From the NCBI GenBank assembly GCA_013265495.1, contig MU063891.1:3184960-3248959 (forward strand): a stretch of DNA of 64,000 nt, written 5' to 3'. Position 1 is the first letter of the stretch; each line of letters begins with the position of its first letter. Under the pieces are notes generated by a model, which saw only the letters and a program-made list of their open reading frames with translations, was not told the DNA's origin and did not search any database. Positions 59,670 through 64,000 of this stretch are shown piece by piece. This DNA is from Vicugna vicugna (lineage: Eukaryota). The translations under genes were made by a program, and so were the position numbers.

Positions 59670-60399
59670 GGAGGTCTGCCTCTGAGACCAGCCACCGCAT
59701 TTGGGGCCTCAAAGTCCGCTCGTGGCAGCAGGGATGTGCCTGTCCGCCCTGCCCCAGCCCTGCAGTTCCCTGGATCTGTGTCCCTCTGTGAAGGAAGGGT
59801 GACCATTCCTGTCTCGCTGGGCTGGGATGGGGCAGTCAGTGGCTGTGGACACAGGGCACTGAGACAAACCGGGTGCTTGGCAAGGTGACATCTGCCCACC
59901 TCACCCTGACTCCCCCTGCTTCTTTCTCTCTGCTGGTCCTTCATCTGGAGCCCCAGAGCAGCCATACAGGGTACGGGCGTGTCCTCTAGGAGCCACAGCG
60001 CAGCCCGGGCCAGCCCTGCCCTCCATGATCACCAGGACCCCAGCTCCCTCCCCACTGCAGCTCTGCCCGCCTCTGGTCCTGCTGTTCCTCTGCTCAGCCA
60101 GCAGACAAGACAGCTGGGCTGAGCGGTGGGGCCGTGGGATGGAGCCCTTCAGGCACAAGGCCAGCCTCTCTCCCACGGGGCTCCCGGGGCTCGGAAGCCA
60201 TGGTACCAATGACCAACATCCTCTACGCGGGTCCAGCATTCTCCTGGCAAGGGCTTTACTGCCCACGGGGCTGTTGACCGAGCATGGATTGGTTCCTAGC
60301 TGCTCCTGGCTTGGAGAGGACTGATGAGGCCTGGAGAGGGTCACAGAATCCATTGACCTGGCTGCCGTGAAGGTGGGACATGGCCAGCCGCAGCTCTCC

Positions 60400-60780
60400 A
60401 TGCTGTCATTAGCAGCCCCTGGCCCAGTTTATGTGGAGGACATGCATGAACAGGCCATTCTCGTGTGGGGAGCTGGTGGCCATGTAGGGGTCCCACACCC
60501 AGGGGCAGTGGTGCAGAACTGTGAGATGACAAAGTGGTATTGTTTTAAGCCACTAAGTGTGGAGTGATTCTTTATGCAGCGTAGAAAGTGAATACAGAGG
60601 TCATCCTACACAAGCCAGCTCCTGGCAAAACTGTCAGGTGACCACAGATGCCCCAGACAAGATCAGCTGAGCCTGGGAGAACCAGCTGGCCAGTAGACTC
60701 GTGAGCAAAACTAAACCCTTGCTGATTTAGATCAGCAAGTTCTGGGTACTTTGTTATGCAGCGGGAGCTAACTGATATGG
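60400..60780 (+). mobile_element. Two adjacent MLT1 (H/I-like) LTR 3' portions
   Basis: cagaactgtgagatgacaaagtggtattgttttaagccactaag..ttatgcagc..tgaataca; then ..ttgttatgcagcgggagctaactgata. Confidence 0.6.
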
Positions 60781-61544
60781 CTTGTTAACACCTACAAACC
60801 AGCAGGGAAGGCTTGAGAAACACAGCACAGGGAGCTCTGGGGGCTTCGAGCTGGGGACCTCCCAGGATAGTTAAAAAATGCAATCACAGCACATCACTCC
60901 CCCGAACAGTCCCAAACGGGCTCATGTGCAGAAAACCTGACAACCATTTCACAGTCCAGGAGTCTGAGGTTTGGAGGGGCGGAGTAACCTGCCTAACATC
61001 GAACAGATGGCCAGAAGGGAAGGGGTCGGAGTGGAGGACGTCAGTCCCTGAGGACCAGAGGTTCAGGCTGCTGTGGCTGTGACCCAAGGTGGCTTCACAT
61101 GAGGAGGGGGAGCTGGAACACACCCCCACCCCTCCTCTTCCCTTCCCGGCTCCACCCTGAGTGGCAAGAAGCTCAGGAGTGATGTTACAACTTGGAAAGC
61201 GTCAGACCACACGAGAAACCAATTTTTGCCTCCACTTAAAGAAAATAAAATAAAATAACCCCAAAGCATTTGAAGTTCTGCCCGCCTTGGCTGCCTTCCC
61301 TGTGGGCTGGGCTGGCGCTGCTTCGGACTTGGGTCCCCAGAACACCCTTTCCCTGGGCGCCCCAGGCCCCAGCCGGCTCCACCCAGCCCCTCAGTCCTGC
61401 CAGGCTACCGACATACCCAGTCCCAGAGCCTGAACCGGGCAGGCCAGAGAACACAGCCTCTTTCTCTCAGGACGCTACAACGGTGCATCCTTACAGCCTC
61501 AGAATGTTCACAGTCCTCCCGTTTAAGAGGGGCTCTCCCCTGTG

Positions 61545-61860
61545 GTGCTCTGGTGAGCGAAATCTTACCCCAGTACCTCAGAAGGTGGCTGTGTTCAGAG
61601 ATAAGTTCTTCACAGAGGTGATTCAGGTAAAACGAGGCTGTTAGGGTGGGCCCTAATCCAATGAGACTGGTGTCCTTGTAAGAAGAGGAGATCAGAACAC
61701 AGAAGCGCCCAGAGGGAGACCATGTGAGGACCCAGGGAGAAGGTGGCCAGTCTGCAAGCCAAGGAGAGAGGCCTCAGGGGAAACCGATCCTGCCTGCAGG
61801 TTCGTGGTTTAGGCTGCCTGGGCTGGGGTGCTTTGTTACGCAGCCCTGGCAAAGTCCTTA
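61545..61860 (+). mobile_element. MLT1B-like solo LTR
   Basis: cagtacctcagaaggtggctgtgtt..agggtgggccctaatccaatgagactggtgtccttgtaagaagagg..tgcaagccaaggagagaggcctcagg. Confidence 0.8.
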
Positions 61861-61899
61861 TCAGCCTGTTGCAGGGCTAAACTGCTCTGGGTGTGTTCC

Positions 61900-62330
61900 T
61901 CCCTTATGCTCATCTTGCCTGAGGCAATTTGATGGATTAGGAGATTTTACTAGGCATTGACCTCAAAGGCCTCTCAAACTCCCCCTCTGTGTGTAGGTGA
62001 GTCAGTCTTCTCAGTCTTCCTGGCCAGATTTCCCGAGCACCCTGTACGCCTCTTCTGTTTGGCTCTGTCCTGAGCACATTTCTTTTCTGTAAGTACTGCA
62101 CAAGCACAGGCAGTTGCAGCCCCACACTGTTAGTGTCAGCCTTCCCCACCTCTCCTCCCAAAGCCACTCATTCAAAGTTCAGCTTGCTGCTGTAATTACA
62201 TGGGTCACCATCTTTCTAGCTTCTGATACGGACTTCACCCCACCTCCTGCCCAGCCCCTACATCAACACCACCACACCAGCGTCATGCATTCTGGTAATT
62301 TTCAGTCACCTCCCCATTTCTGGTACCAGT
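61900..62330 (-). mobile_element. Probable MLT1 internal (MLT1-int) 5' segment
   Basis: The minus strand begins tggtaccagaaatgggg and continues agaaagatggtgacccatgtaatta, similar to the MaLR internal start. Confidence 0.45.
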
Positions 62331-62339
62331 CCAGTCCTT

Positions 62340-62680
62340 GGCATGAGTCAGGATAAGCTAGGTTCTGCTGCAAAAACAAAGGCATCTCAAAGTCTTGTTT
62401 CTCACGCACGTCCCATCTTGCTCTCAGGTCAGCTGGGACCCTGCACCCCACCAGTGACTCAGGGCTCCAGGCCGGCAGCAGTCCCGCCATCTTGCAGTGA
62501 CTCCTGTGGCTCCTTGGGTACCACAAACTGAAGAAGAAAGAGCTGGGAGGTGGAGACTGGCTCTTCTCTGCTCCAGCAAGGAAGTCACTCTGCTCATAGG
62601 CCCCAGGCCAAAACTAATCCCACAGATCTGCTTAACTGCAAAAAGATTGAGAATGTGGAGTGTTTGCTGAACTCAGGCCA
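62340..62680 (-). mobile_element. MLT1J/K-like LTR adjoining the internal segment
   Basis: gagtcaggataagctaggttctgctgc..ttgtttctcacgcacgtccc..gactcagggctccaggc..ggccaaaactaatcccac..cttaactgcaa. Confidence 0.6.
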
Positions 62681-64000
62681 TTTTGTGTGGGAAACTGTAG
62701 AGACACCTACAGAAGCAGGAGGCCTTGGGGACCCAGGTGCAGCCTGCCTCCCCTCTGCACCTGCCCAGTGCATATCGGGCGTAGGGATGCACTTCGCCCC
62801 ACCCTTTGAGGCTCACCTCAGGCTCCTGGGTATTGCTCGGGGCTGTTGGGAGTCTCAGCTCTGGATATGGTCCTGAGGAAAAAGGAGAACCGAAGCCCGG
62901 GGGCTGCCCACCTACCACTGAGTTCACCAAGCTCCTGCCTAAGAACAGGAGGCAGGGGCCTCTGTGGGGGAGGGGAGGTGGGTCTCCGGGGCCCTTGGTC
63001 CTGCCCCCTCCCCCACAAGGGTTTGGACCAGCCCTGCATTTCTCAAGGGACTGCCACAGGGCTGGGGCTGGGGTCCAGGTGTCCCTCCTGCCAGTCCCCA
63101 AAAGGGACTGTGACCTCACTGCAGGAGCAAAGTCTTCCAGATATCCGCTCCGATGGACCAGTTAAGTGCATGCTTGCACCAGGTCCAGCCTTTGAGACTG
63201 GCTATGAGGACTCCATTGATAGATGAGGACTGAGGCGAGGCCAAGGGGCTGGCCCAGGTCGCAGTCAGCTCCCCAGGCCTGTTCCCATGTGGGGACAGGA
63301 CCTGCTCCCTGTCTGTCCACACCGGTCTGGAGTCCCCTGCTAGGAGGAGCTGTCCAGTCCCCTTACCCCTTCTCCGAACCTCAGCCCACTTCCTGGCCTC
63401 TCTGTCCAGGATCCTGCATTGTTTCAGACCCTATGCTGGTTCTGTTCTCTCATAGCCCCCAGACTGCGGGGGACAGAGCCACTCACTGTCACAATACCAT
63501 GAGGGTGGACGTGGGGGCTCCTGGGTGGGCCCCTGGAAGGCTTCCTGGAGGAAGTAATAGTGGGTCCAACCAGAAGAGAAGCAGGAGGGACTCTGCGTAG
63601 GGATGGGGCAGGTGGGAGAGAATTCCCATGGAGGAGGGCTGGGCAAAGGGGCTTCCTCGGGGAGGGACTCCTGCATCTTGACAGATGGCTCCTCCCTGCT
63701 ATGGCCCTGACAACACCTCCCACCAAGTCACCTGGGACCCGTAGCCATCCCGACCCTCGATGGCCGATGGCCGATGGCCATTTCCGCCCCAGATTCACCT
63801 GCTGTCCCTTTGCCTCCTGCCCCTTTCGGTCCTGGCGCTCTCCCACCCAAAGGATCTGCCACCTCCCTTTCCATCCCTCTGGGTACCTGCCAGGGCAAGG
63901 ACTTTAGCCCACATCCCCCTCTTTGTCCCCTCATCCCAGCCCCCACCTGCAGAGGGGAGGGGCACCCACCCCTCGCCTCCACAAGCCTCCCCCAGGCTGC

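Noticed and set aside
59421-59965. ORFs with GLE/WRG/LQP repeats, and the array as a CRISPR-like locus
   Set aside because: These are translations of a 9-bp minisatellite. There are no spacers, and the DNA is eukaryotic.
63758-63778. (CGATGGC)3 repeat
   Set aside because: Three short units with no supporting context.

Overview
Mammalian genomic DNA, very probably a camelid: it carries a tRNA-Ala-derived Vic-1-type SINE, and I saw no Alu, Bov-tA, PRE-1, CanSINE or ERE. The only gene I can firmly support is the homeobox gene BARX1 on the + strand, with four coding exons (about 16863-17085, 18791-19082, 19165-19249, 19659-19823) and AATAAA at 20313. Its start codon lies inside an N-gap. BARX1 sits in a transposon-poor cluster of CpG islands (about 11.7-23.3 kb). 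The flanks are ordinary intergenic DNA full of old repeats (MIR, L2, L1M, many MLT1 LTRs, MER58), and there are six assembly gaps. Almost all entries in the ORF track are chance frames in GC-rich non-coding DNA. I found no convincing new biological system. The best leads are: (1) a minus-strand non-coding terminal exon about 8 kb downstream of BARX1, with a distant branch point, a roughly 125-nt AG-free pyrimidine tract, a tandem hairpin array and AATAAA; (2) a motif-dense candidate long-range enhancer or promoter at 47.8-48.9 kb; (3) two antiparallel, phase-compatible chains of candidate exons at 0.4-4.9 kb. All repeat subfamily names and motif calls were made by eye, and repeat boundaries are approximate.
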